The notes under the pieces are model-generated. The model did not search any database and was not told where the DNA came from. It was given only the letters and a program-made list of their open reading frames with translations. A stretch of DNA of 64,000 bases, taken from an uncultured Verrucomicrobiae bacterium (GTDB taxonomy: Bacteria; Verrucomicrobiota; Verrucomicrobiia; Chthoniobacterales; JAFAMB01). This document shows, in pieces, positions 19,139 through 28,046 of the stretch (position 1 is its first letter; each line of letters starts with the position of its first letter). The stretch spans positions 4,832,001-4,896,000 of the forward strand of contig CAWIPH010000002.1 of the NCBI GenBank assembly GCA_963837955.1, given 5' to 3'. The position numbers and the translations under genes were made by a program.

Positions 19139-19905
19139 GCGGAATAATCCAACCTGGTTGAGAACAGTACTAACCGAAAAAAGATGCGATCTTTTGACAA
19201 ATTAACGATCACGTAGCAGCCGTCGATCACCGGAAAAAGCCAGCATTGTTCCAGGCCTTGCAACGAATGATAGCCGCCTAATGATCGCAGGATCAACTGC
19301 CGGACGCTTGCACCTAGTTTGCATTCCCAAGAGCTAGAGGCCAGACGGACTTGAGCTCCGGCACGTCGCGCGGATTAGGAAGATCGGGAAAATTCTCGTA
19401 CAAGACCTCGTAGACGGCGCGGCAAACGGCCTTTGCCTTGCCGTCGTCGTGCCAGGTCCACGTCGTCTTATTCATGGCTTGCACCCAAAGCATTCCCGTT
19501 CCCTTGCTTCTCGCGCCGACAAAATTGATTCCTCCGGCCAATCCTCCTGGTTGAGAAAAGCTTGGTTCAGAAAAGTCTAGTCGAAAGTCCGCAGTTTCTG
19601 TCGCAGGTTGTATATCAAGGGCTTTGCCCGGAACTATCCCAGGAACCTGCGATAGGGCGCGCTTAAGTTCCGTCAACTCCAAGATCTGCGGCGATTTCGC
19701 CGAGAAGCCAAACATTTGCGGACCGTAGAATTCGCTCAAGCAGCTTGTGAGAAAGGGGGCTAGCACAAGAACGAGGATGTGGCGGAAATTGATGTATTTC
19801 CGTGCTTGTACAACGAATAGTTTCACGCGGAATAGTCGAACCTCGTTAAGAACAGCACTAATCAAAAAAAGATGCGATTTTTTGATAGATTATCGATCTA
19901 GTAAT
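19030..19905. repeat. ~190-bp diverged direct repeat (approx. 19030-19215 and 19718-19905)
   Basis: Shared upstream region plus signal peptide of the two lipoprotein genes, roughly 80% identity by eye. Confidence 0.85.
19314..19865 (-). CDS. Hypothetical lipoprotein
   Basis: KYINFRHILVLVLAPFLTSC lipobox; start uncertain (possibly GTG near 19826). Confidence 0.7.
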   Translation of the reverse strand: MISAVLNEVRLFRVKLFVVQARKYINFRHILVLVLAPFLTSCLSEFYGPQMFGFSAKSPQILELTELKRALSQVPGIVPGKALDIQPATETADFRLDFSEPSFSQPGGLAGGINFVGARSKGTGMLWVQAMNKTTWTWHDDGKAKAVCRAVYEVLYENFPDLPNPRDVPELKSVWPLALGNAN

Positions 19906-20081
19906 CGGCGGATAACTGCCCCTGCGCTTGTTGCCAGTTAGCGTTTTCCATAGCGGTCGGCTCAAAACTTGTATTTCCGAAATGCGGATTCGCTTGGAAA
20001 CACGGATCAACTATTTTTGAAAATTATTTTGGAGATAGTATGAGCTTGCGTTCGGGAGCGCGTCAGCTAGAAACGTCGTCC

Positions 20082-20612
20082 ATGAAAGCGCAGACTTGGA
20101 TCTTAACTTTCCTAGGGTTCGCCCTTTTTTGCATGGTGCAAACAGCATCTGCTGGCACGGCTCTCTATTTCTCCGGTCCAGACGGAGAATACATAAGCCA
20201 AGGACAAGAATACTATCTCGACATCGCCGATGGTTATCAAATCGTTGTCAATCACAACAACAACAACAGTTACTCGTTCTATTTTAGCAACCCCTCCGCT
20301 CCGCCGGCCAAGCAGCATTGGTGGACCGTCGATTTCTCAGCTGCCAACAGCAAACGTCTAGGGCATGGCATTTACCTCGGGGCGACCCGCGAGGGTTTCG
20401 CTAATGGCGTTCCCGGTCTCGACCTTTTTGGAGATGGGCGAGGGAATAACGCGGTAGCGGGGTACTTCACCGTCCTGCAAGCGGTGTATGATAACCAAAG
20501 TAACCTCATTGAATTCGCAGCAGACTTTGTTTTACAAGGCGACACTCCCGGAAAAATCTTCGGGTCCGTTCGATACAATTCCGATATTCCGCTCGTAAAC
20601 ACCCTCAGATAG
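20082..20612 (+). CDS. Secreted beta-rich hypothetical protein
   Basis: Signal peptide ending ASA; 'GEYISQGQ...WTVDFSA...ATREGF...PGLD..GDGRG.N...FAADF...GSVRYNS'. Confidence 0.75.
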   Translation: MKAQTWILTFLGFALFCMVQTASAGTALYFSGPDGEYISQGQEYYLDIADGYQIVVNHNNNNSYSFYFSNPSAPPAKQHWWTVDFSAANSKRLGHGIYLGATREGFANGVPGLDLFGDGRGNNAVAGYFTVLQAVYDNQSNLIEFAADFVLQGDTPGKIFGSVRYNSDIPLVNTLR

Positions 20613-20644
20613 TAGCACCAATCGGCCCCGGTTCTACCTGCCAT

Positions 20645-20669
20645 TCTCGGACAGCATTGCTGTCCGAGA
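20645..20669. terminator. Perfect 12-bp inverted repeat downstream of 20082..20612
   Basis: tctcggacagca-t-tgctgtccgaga; no U-tract. Confidence 0.4.
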
Positions 20670-20799
20670 TAAGCGTCGGATATAGCGTTTAGGCTTCCTG
20701 TGCCTGACAGAGTTCAGTCAGGTCCCCGCCTCCCCTCTTTCGCCTGTCGGCGTTGCCGAGCTTTACAGTTAGCTATGTTAAATCTAATGTGTTAGCAAC

Positions 20800-22986
20800 A
20801 TAAAAGACGTACGTTATTTATTTGGATTCACATCACGGATTCCGCTGGCAGGTCTGTTTATCGCGGCTTGCATCGGTATTGTCGCTTCGGACAGGCATTT
20901 TGATTGTTGGATAATTTTCGGAGTGTTGTTTTGTCTGTTTGGTCTGGCCGCTCTGGCTTGGCGCAAAACGTTGCTCACGCTCGTGGCAACCGCGTTTTTC
21001 TTTGCGTTCTGGCATGCCTTCTTAATCAATCATAATCAGGGCTTTCAGTTGTCGCGTGAACCTCGATTCAATAATCATGTTCATCGTTGCGTTCTCTGCG
21101 CACAGTCCGACTCCATCTCTTTTCATTGGGCTACCCAAACGAAACAACGGTTCCTAGCGGAAGTTCGCGAGGTCGACGGCTTCGCTGCCAGTTTCCGGGT
21201 TTCGGTTGAGCTGAATGGAAGTCCCATTCAATACGGGGATAGCATCGCTGTGGACGGGCGCTTCGCCCTTCCAGATGCCCCGCTTAATCCAGGAGAATTC
21301 GATTACCGCAGTTTTCTGGAGCGGCAGGGCGTTTACTTGGTTCTGCAGGCGATTCCAGGCAACAAAACGCAACTACTCTCGCGCGGAGGTGGGAACCGGC
21401 TGGTCGGATTCGCCCTCCGGCTCCGGCACGGCGTAGAAGACATTCCAGTAGCATCACTCGAGGATGATCCGACCATTCAAGCATTGATCCGAGGGATCCT
21501 TTTTGGCGATCGTTCCACGGTTCCAACGGCTATCCTGGACGAGCTTCAGGATACCGGAACTCTGCACCTGTTCGTAATCGATGGACTGAAAGTAACTCTG
21601 CTCGCGGGTATTTCCTGGGCAGTAATGAAAACGGTCCGGGTCGGCCGCCGCTGGACGTTCGTTCTTATCGTTCCGCTGCTACTTTATTGCGCCGGCACCG
21701 GACTCTCGATCGCGAGTCTACGAGCGACGATCATGTCCGCAATTCTGCTCTTGGGAGTCGCGCTGGAGCGCCCGGTGCTCGCCAAAAATATTCTCTCGGG
21801 CGCGGGCTTGTTCTTGCTCTTATTAGATCCTCAGCAGCTCTTTCAGCTCGGTTTCCAACTTTCGTTTGTGACCGTCGCTGCTTTGACTATAGCAGCGAGA
21901 CCGCTCGCTCATTTTTTGTCAATCCCGTTTCGTCCCGATCCTTGGATTCCGCAGCGACTTCTGCGCCCGACCCAGCGGGCTTTCTGGCGGATTGGCCAAC
22001 ACGCATCCGAGCTGTTTTCCGTTTGTTGGGTATGCTGGTTTGCGACGCTGCCGTTCGCCTGGTTGGTCTTTCATCGTATCTCGTGGTGCAACGTGGCAGC
22101 TAACTTTGCGACCGTCCCTTTAGGCGCTACGATTCTGGCTCTCGGGATCTCATCCATTTTAGCTGCTCCTTTTTGCCGCTGGGCGAGCGTCTACCTGAAC
22201 AACACCAACTGGCTGCTTGGTCATCTGTTCCTTGGGGTGGTGCATAGCTTCACCGCGTTGCCCTATCAGAGCGTGAACGTCGCCGAACCGTGGACCGGAA
22301 ATCATCCGAAACTCGTCATCTTGGCTTCCGGACGATCCAACAGCGTCTATTTGCACGCCGGAAAGGTCGACAGCTTCATCAACCCAGGTAGCGAAGCCAA
22401 ATATCGGCGGGTGACCCAGCCATTCCTTCGTTGCCAGGGTGTAAACCAACTTTACCTTCTGGGGAGCACTCGTCACGATCCGGATCACGAAGGATGTTTG
22501 AAACGTATGGAGCGACAATTCACGTGCGTGCGATTCATGAACCAAGAGCGGTTTGAGCTGGCCGATCAGAGTTCACAGTCGGACGCAAATTCAGCGATCA
22601 TCGATCTGGATGAGACCGGGGTTCGAGCAAGGGGATTTTTCGGGTCACTGGGATCATCGATCTTAGCCAGGATGGGAGGATACCGGATTCTGCTGATCGC
22701 TGATCGCCATCGGGGAGCCTCGATTGCAGCTGATGCCTCGGCCGATCTGCTCTGTGTTTCGAGCCCGCGTTCTTTTCCTCCGAGCGACCTGCGGCGCCAG
22801 TTTGATCCCCAGGTCATCGTTTACGCGCAAGGGAAACGACTGGAACTCAGTCAGACGGAGCTCTCCAATGGCACTCCAATTATTTTCCTGAACGAGCAAG
22901 GTGCCGTTACGCTAGAACTTTGCGAAGACAGGTTGCAGCTCCAGACATTTCGCGGTGCTCAATTCACTTTTCGTAAACGCAAGTGA
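20800..22986 (+). CDS. comEC: ComEC/Rec2 competence protein
   Basis: NPGEFDY, 'TGTLHLFVIDGLKV', LRATIM, GFQLSF, degenerate MBL domain; frame open from 20788 but first GTG at 20923. Confidence 0.88.
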   Translation: MKDVRYLFGFTSRIPLAGLFIAACIGIVASDRHFDCWIIFGVLFCLFGLAALAWRKTLLTLVATAFFFAFWHAFLINHNQGFQLSREPRFNNHVHRCVLCAQSDSISFHWATQTKQRFLAEVREVDGFAASFRVSVELNGSPIQYGDSIAVDGRFALPDAPLNPGEFDYRSFLERQGVYLVLQAIPGNKTQLLSRGGGNRLVGFALRLRHGVEDIPVASLEDDPTIQALIRGILFGDRSTVPTAILDELQDTGTLHLFVIDGLKVTLLAGISWAVMKTVRVGRRWTFVLIVPLLLYCAGTGLSIASLRATIMSAILLLGVALERPVLAKNILSGAGLFLLLLDPQQLFQLGFQLSFVTVAALTIAARPLAHFLSIPFRPDPWIPQRLLRPTQRAFWRIGQHASELFSVCWVCWFATLPFAWLVFHRISWCNVAANFATVPLGATILALGISSILAAPFCRWASVYLNNTNWLLGHLFLGVVHSFTALPYQSVNVAEPWTGNHPKLVILASGRSNSVYLHAGKVDSFINPGSEAKYRRVTQPFLRCQGVNQLYLLGSTRHDPDHEGCLKRMERQFTCVRFMNQERFELADQSSQSDANSAIIDLDETGVRARGFFGSLGSSILARMGGYRILLIADRHRGASIAADASADLLCVSSPRSFPPSDLRRQFDPQVIVYAQGKRLELSQTELSNGTPIIFLNEQGAVTLELCEDRLQLQTFRGAQFTFRKRK

Positions 22987-23591
22987 TAGATCGGGAGATT
23001 CTGGGAGCGATACGTTTCTTCAAAATCGGTCCCCGGATATTCTTCTGACCACGGACAAGAAACGAAAGATTCTGTCTGGGAATCGGCGGCTTTAGTGATG
23101 CTATCGAAATAATCGGCGTGATCGGTCTTGATCCACAACTCCCCGCCTGAAGCAAGAGCACTAGCGGAAGCCATGAGAAACTCCTCGCCGACTAAGCGAC
23201 GACCGTGATGCCGCCGCTTGGGCCAAGGATCTGGAAAGGAGAGGTGCAGCCGGGAAATCGAACCAGCGGGCAAGAGGTAACGAACCGTGTAATCGATTTC
23301 CAAACGCAATACCCGAACGTTCGTCAAACCCAACCGGGAAGCGGACCGGAGCGTTTTGCGGACCCGGCCAAGGAGCCGTTCCACGCCGAGGAAATTTCTT
23401 TCGGGATATTGGCTGCCCGCTTGGATTAAAAAACGGCCGGATCCAGAGCCCAGATCGATCTCGACCGGATGCTCATTTTGAAAAATGTCGGCAAACGAGA
23501 GTGGCCCAAAAATGTCAGTCGGAACGACTTCCAGCTGCTCTCCCAAACGTGGACTCGCGCACTCCGTGCTTGCTTCCCGGTCAGGGGTCAT
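22959..23591 (-). CDS. trmB: tRNA (guanine-N7)-methyltransferase
   Basis: EIDLGSGSG, FLGVE, FPDPWPKRRH..RRL, KTD; start estimated. Confidence 0.92.
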   Translation of the reverse strand: MTPDREASTECASPRLGEQLEVVPTDIFGPLSFADIFQNEHPVEIDLGSGSGRFLIQAGSQYPERNFLGVERLLGRVRKTLRSASRLGLTNVRVLRLEIDYTVRYLLPAGSISRLHLSFPDPWPKRRHHGRRLVGEEFLMASASALASGGELWIKTDHADYFDSITKAADSQTESFVSCPWSEEYPGTDFEETYRSQNLPIYHLRLRKVN

Positions 23592-23680
23592 TCCACTCCA
23601 ACATGGGGAGGGATCACGTTCTTTCTCCGGCGCGCTAGCCCGCACGCCCTCCGGATTGGCCGAAGCGCCGCGAGGATCAA

Positions 23681-24505
23681 TCATTGCGATGAGCGGTCCG
23701 CAAAGAACGGATTGTGCGTCCTCTCGTTTGCAACCGTAGTCATAGGGCCGTGACCTGGACAAATAATGGTTTCCGGCGGTAACGATAAAATCTTCTCGCG
23801 ATTATTTTTTCTGGCTTGTTCGTACGCGTTGGGTGCCCCGCCCATGGATCCGGCGAACAGGGAATCGCCAACAATGACCACCGGTTTAGCCAGTCCAGAC
23901 ACCAGATAGGAAGTACCTCCTGCCGAATGCCCATTGGTGAGCCTGGCTTCGATTTCCAGCGATCCTACGTTGTATTTGAATCCTTCGCGCACCGGCTGCG
24001 AGTGGCCAACCGGTTCCGCTGCCGGAGCGAAAACGGGAGCTTTGCATCGGGACACAATTTCGGCGAGGCCAGCAACATGATCCCCATGGGTGTGGGTAAT
24101 GAAAATGGCTTTCACGGTCAGGTGCTCTGCTTGGATTCGTTTAAACAACTCGTCCGGTTCGACGCCGGCATCGAAGATGACTGCTTCGCTGGAGGAAGGA
24201 TCCCAAACCAGATAGACGTTCACCGTCATTCCCATCAGGTCGGTATTAAATTGGGCGAGACCTTCCAATGTGATTTCTGCTGGTTCCCAACTGTTCTTAA
24301 ACGATTCCACCAAGGCGCCCGGTGACAGACCCAGCGCGGTTCCCAAAGCGGTGATCTGATTTCGATCTCCGGATCCGGCCTTCAATCCCTCGATCTGATC
24401 GCGTTCCAGTCGAGAACGCTGCGCTAGAGACGCATCGTCCAGATGAAGTCCGCGCTGTGCCTTGCCAATGATGTCGATAAAAAAGTCTTCCAAGGGAATT
24501 TTCAT
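23681..24505 (-). CDS. MBL-fold hydrolase (glyoxalase II-like) with N-terminal HTH-like domain
   Basis: THTHGDH, GHSAG, GDSLFAGSMG, PGHGP.TT...E...NPF. Confidence 0.88.
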   Translation of the reverse strand: MKIPLEDFFIDIIGKAQRGLHLDDASLAQRSRLERDQIEGLKAGSGDRNQITALGTALGLSPGALVESFKNSWEPAEITLEGLAQFNTDLMGMTVNVYLVWDPSSSEAVIFDAGVEPDELFKRIQAEHLTVKAIFITHTHGDHVAGLAEIVSRCKAPVFAPAAEPVGHSQPVREGFKYNVGSLEIEARLTNGHSAGGTSYLVSGLAKPVVIVGDSLFAGSMGGAPNAYEQARKNNREKILSLPPETIICPGHGPMTTVANERTHNPFFADRSSQ

Positions 24506-24511
24506 ACGCTT

Positions 24512-25972
24512 CTAATGGGCATTCTTTTGGAGCGTCCAGACTTCATTGTCGTCCAGCCGCTTTACGACGACTTGGGTCGGACGGATATCCAAAACACGAT
24601 ACGTATGAGCTGGGTCGTCCGGCAGCGTGAAATCGCGATCTAACTCTACCTTCATCGTTGCTCCGCTGCTAGCAAACAAGAGAACGGCGTAAGCCCCATG
24701 TTCTCGAGCCGGAATTCCTTTGATGAGCGATATGGTTTGCCCGGTGCGGATATGCCGGAGTTTCACGACCGAGGCATCGACCGCATTGCCGTCCTTATCA
24801 TTTACCTCTCGACTCTGGATATCGATGACTTTGTAAGCGAGTCCTTTGAGTTCGTCACCAACCCCAATACTATAAGAAGTACCGTCTGAATCGCGCAGCG
24901 TCGCTTTCTTGTTGTGCACTTCTTCTAACGTAACCGGGAGAAACGCTTCCTGGACCTCTAAAACGGATATCTTCGCCGCAAGCCCGCCAGTAGGGTTCTT
25001 ATCGACGCTGGGACTCGAGGATCCAGTAGCAGAACCCGACGGATTCGGCTGTTTTAAAATATCTGCGTCCGAGATCCCGGTCTTTGGTGGAGAGGCCGGC
25101 TGAGATCCGCGGGGGGACGCAGATGGAGACGCCGGGGACGGAGATTGAGAAGCATTAGGAGCCGGAGAGCTCGCAACGATGGCTGGGGTACTGGTTAGCT
25201 TGGTTGCGGCGGGGTGGCTGTGCAACAAGTCGGCTATTTCGCGAAAACCCTTTGCCGCCGCTGTCGACTCGGCGGTCGCTCCGGTTTGGTCGGTGAGCGA
25301 CGGATCGGCTCCGGCCTGCAGCAACATGGTCACGATTTCCTTGTTTCCCTTGCTGGCCGCCAACATCAGGGGGGTACGGCCATCGTTCGATCGGCTATCC
25401 ACTTCAGCGCCATAATCGAGCAAGATTTTCACCACATCCTTATGTTCGGACAAAGAGGCGAACAGGAGGCCCCGACTCAAATCGGTCTTCGAACGATCGG
25501 CCAAAATTTGGACACATCGAGCGCTGCCGTGGTAAGCGGCGGTCGAGAGAGCAGTCCACCCGTTGTTATCTTCCGTGTCCGGCTCAGCCCGATTCTGGAG
25601 CAGTAGTTTAACGATTTCGGGCTGGTCGTTTTGAGCGGCCAAGATCAATGCTGTTACACCGTCGCGTCCGGCGACATTCGGGTCGGCTTTGCGGTCAAGA
25701 AGCTGCTTGACCAAGCCAGTTTTGCCTCGTTCAGACGCAACCATCAAAGCGGTTTGGCCGGCCGTGTTTTGGGTGTTCACGTTAAATCCGGCCGCAAAAA
25801 AAAGAGCCAACGCCTTTTGGTCCTCTTCGGCCGCCGACCGGACGAAATCGTCCGCATTGAACTGCAGGTTCATGCCGGCGAGCTCTTTGATCAGTTCGTC
25901 TTTGGATTTACTGCAACCAAAAAAGACCAGTGCGAGAAACGCACCGAAGATAAACCAGACGGCTTTTCGCAT
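24512..25972 (-). CDS. Ankyrin-repeat lipoprotein with S/P linker and C-terminal beta domain
   Basis: Lipobox FFGC; repeated GxTALxxAA ankyrins; ORF open to 26173 but that extension overlaps glgE. Confidence 0.88.
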   Translation of the reverse strand: MRKAVWFIFGAFLALVFFGCSKSKDELIKELAGMNLQFNADDFVRSAAEEDQKALALFFAAGFNVNTQNTAGQTALMVASERGKTGLVKQLLDRKADPNVAGRDGVTALILAAQNDQPEIVKLLLQNRAEPDTEDNNGWTALSTAAYHGSARCVQILADRSKTDLSRGLLFASLSEHKDVVKILLDYGAEVDSRSNDGRTPLMLAASKGNKEIVTMLLQAGADPSLTDQTGATAESTAAAKGFREIADLLHSHPAATKLTSTPAIVASSPAPNASQSPSPASPSASPRGSQPASPPKTGISDADILKQPNPSGSATGSSSPSVDKNPTGGLAAKISVLEVQEAFLPVTLEEVHNKKATLRDSDGTSYSIGVGDELKGLAYKVIDIQSREVNDKDGNAVDASVVKLRHIRTGQTISLIKGIPAREHGAYAVLLFASSGATMKVELDRDFTLPDDPAHTYRVLDIRPTQVVVKRLDDNEVWTLQKNAH

Positions 25973-26048
25973 GTGCCGAGCTATATTATTCATCCCTGCT
26001 GGGAGCGCGAGCGCGTTGTTCAAAGAAGCAGTTCGAGCGACCGTTTGT

Positions 26049-28046
26049 TTAGCCGAAAACAGTCTCTCCGCCGTCGCGACCAATGGCGCGCCGAATCCGG
26101 AAAAGATGAGCCGGCCGCGTGTTCGGATCCAGGATGACGAAATTCCTTCGGCCCCGCCAGGTAAACTGCTCATCGGTCAAAAGATCCTGAACTTGGAACG
26201 GCTCGTTCTCGCCGATACCAAAATCTTCGAGCGGGACGTAAGCGACGCCGCTCTGGGAATGGAAAGGATCGACTGTGACCAAAAATAACAGGATGTTATC
26301 CAATCCTGCAGTGGCCTTTGAATAGAACAGAATTTGGTCATTCTCGATGGTATGAAACCGGATGTTTTCGTACTGCTGCAGCGCCCGATTCTCCCCTCTG
26401 ATTTGGTTCAGTTTCGTGAGGTAGTCCTTGATGTTGCCGGGGGCGTTCCAATCTCTTTCCTTAAATTGGTACTTTTCGGAGTTGAGGTATTCCTCACGAT
26501 CTGGAATCGCAACGTTCTCACAGAGCTCAAAGCCGCTGTAAATGCCGTAGACTGTCGAGAGGGTGGAGGCCAAAAATGCGCGGATCAAAAAAGCCGGGCG
26601 CCCGCCGGTCTGCAGGTAAAAGGGCAGAATATCTGGGGTATTCGTGAAAAAATTGCCACGGAAATAATACCGCATATCGGTTGTGCAGAGCTCGGTAAGA
26701 TACTCGGTGAGTTCTGCCTTGGTGTTGCGCCAGGTAAAATAGGTATATGATTGGGTGTAACCGGCTTTGGCCAGCGCCTTCATCATCTTGGGACGGGTGA
26801 AAGCCTCGGCCAAAAAGATGACGTCCGGATGCTGCGCGCGCACGTCCGTGATGAGCCACTCCCAAAACGCGAGCGGTTTGGTATGCGGATTATCGACTCG
26901 AAAAACCCGGACGTCGTGACTGACCCAGAAAAGGATGATGAGCTTCATCTCCTCCCATAACTCCCTCCAATTTTCGTTGTGAAAATTGAGCGGATAAACG
27001 TCTTCGTACTTCTTCGGAGGATTCTCAGCGTATTTGATGGTGCCGTCCGGCCGATGGAAAAACCATTCCGGGTGGTCGCGAACATAGGGATGGTCGGGTG
27101 AACAATTGATGGCGAAGTCGAGGGCCACCTCCATTCCCCGAGCCCTTATTTCCTTTACCAGCCAATCGAAATCTTCCAGGGTGCCGAGCTCCGGTTCGAC
27201 CGCCATGTGCCCTCCAAACTTGCTGCCGATCGCATACGGCACGCCGGGATCGCCTGGCTCCGAAGTGACCGAGTTGTTCTTACCTTTCCTTTTGGTGAAG
27301 CCGATGGGATGAATCGGGGGAAAATAGATCGTATCGAATCCCATCGCTTTGGCATCATCCACCCGAGGAAGACAATCCCGAAACTTCGATCCCCGGTCTT
27401 TCCCTTCGGCTGACCTGGGAAAAAATTCGTACCACGCGGCGAAAAGCGCCTCGGGCCGATCAACCACGACCTGGATGTAAGGTTTGGCTTCGGTGGAGAG
27501 CGACCGATCCGGATAGGCAGATATTAAGCCCGATAACTCGGGAGACTTGGCAATTTCCGCGCCGCCACTTGGCTTACTCGCGCGGAGCTCCTTAGCAAAT
27601 GCGGTAAGCCGATCTTGATCGGATTTACGGGTGGCGCGCGCCGCAGCCCGCTCAATCAGAGCCGCGCCCTCCTCTGTTTCAGTTGTTAGATCCGTGATGC
27701 CGGCATTGAACTTCTTCAGGAACTCCTGGGCCCAAGAATTAAATTCATCACCCCAGGCTTCGATGGTGAATTCGTATTTGGTGTTCTCCGTAAAATGGCA
27801 AACCCCGGACCACCGATCGTTCTCGCCCTGGATCATCGGCGTTTCCAGCCAAACCGTACTTCCAATGGCTCGCCATTTCAGAACTGCCGCGAGCACATCG
27901 TGCCCGTCCTTGAAAACGTCAGCGGAAACACCCAGCTCCTGGCCGGTAACTCGCTTGACCGGATAGCGTCCGCCGTCGAGGCACGGCTCAATTGCTTCGA
28001 TGATGACCGTCGGCGGCCGTTCGATGGATTCTTCTAGTTTATTCAC
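26049..28046 (-). CDS. glgE: Maltose-1-phosphate maltosyltransferase
   Basis: WYEFFPRS, PPIHPIG, YAENPPKKYEDVYP, FRVDNPHTKP, LAEAFTRP. Confidence 0.95.
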   Translation of the reverse strand: MNKLEESIERPPTVIIEAIEPCLDGGRYPVKRVTGQELGVSADVFKDGHDVLAAVLKWRAIGSTVWLETPMIQGENDRWSGVCHFTENTKYEFTIEAWGDEFNSWAQEFLKKFNAGITDLTTETEEGAALIERAAARATRKSDQDRLTAFAKELRASKPSGGAEIAKSPELSGLISAYPDRSLSTEAKPYIQVVVDRPEALFAAWYEFFPRSAEGKDRGSKFRDCLPRVDDAKAMGFDTIYFPPIHPIGFTKRKGKNNSVTSEPGDPGVPYAIGSKFGGHMAVEPELGTLEDFDWLVKEIRARGMEVALDFAINCSPDHPYVRDHPEWFFHRPDGTIKYAENPPKKYEDVYPLNFHNENWRELWEEMKLIILFWVSHDVRVFRVDNPHTKPLAFWEWLITDVRAQHPDVIFLAEAFTRPKMMKALAKAGYTQSYTYFTWRNTKAELTEYLTELCTTDMRYYFRGNFFTNTPDILPFYLQTGGRPAFLIRAFLASTLSTVYGIYSGFELCENVAIPDREEYLNSEKYQFKERDWNAPGNIKDYLTKLNQIRGENRALQQYENIRFHTIENDQILFYSKATAGLDNILLFLVTVDPFHSQSGVAYVPLEDFGIGENEPFQVQDLLTDEQFTWRGRRNFVILDPNTRPAHLFRIRRAIGRDGGETVFG

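Noticed and set aside
15771..19905. Integron/attC cassette array
   Set aside because: No integrase and no convincing RYYYAAC...GTTRRRY attC boxes after the genes.
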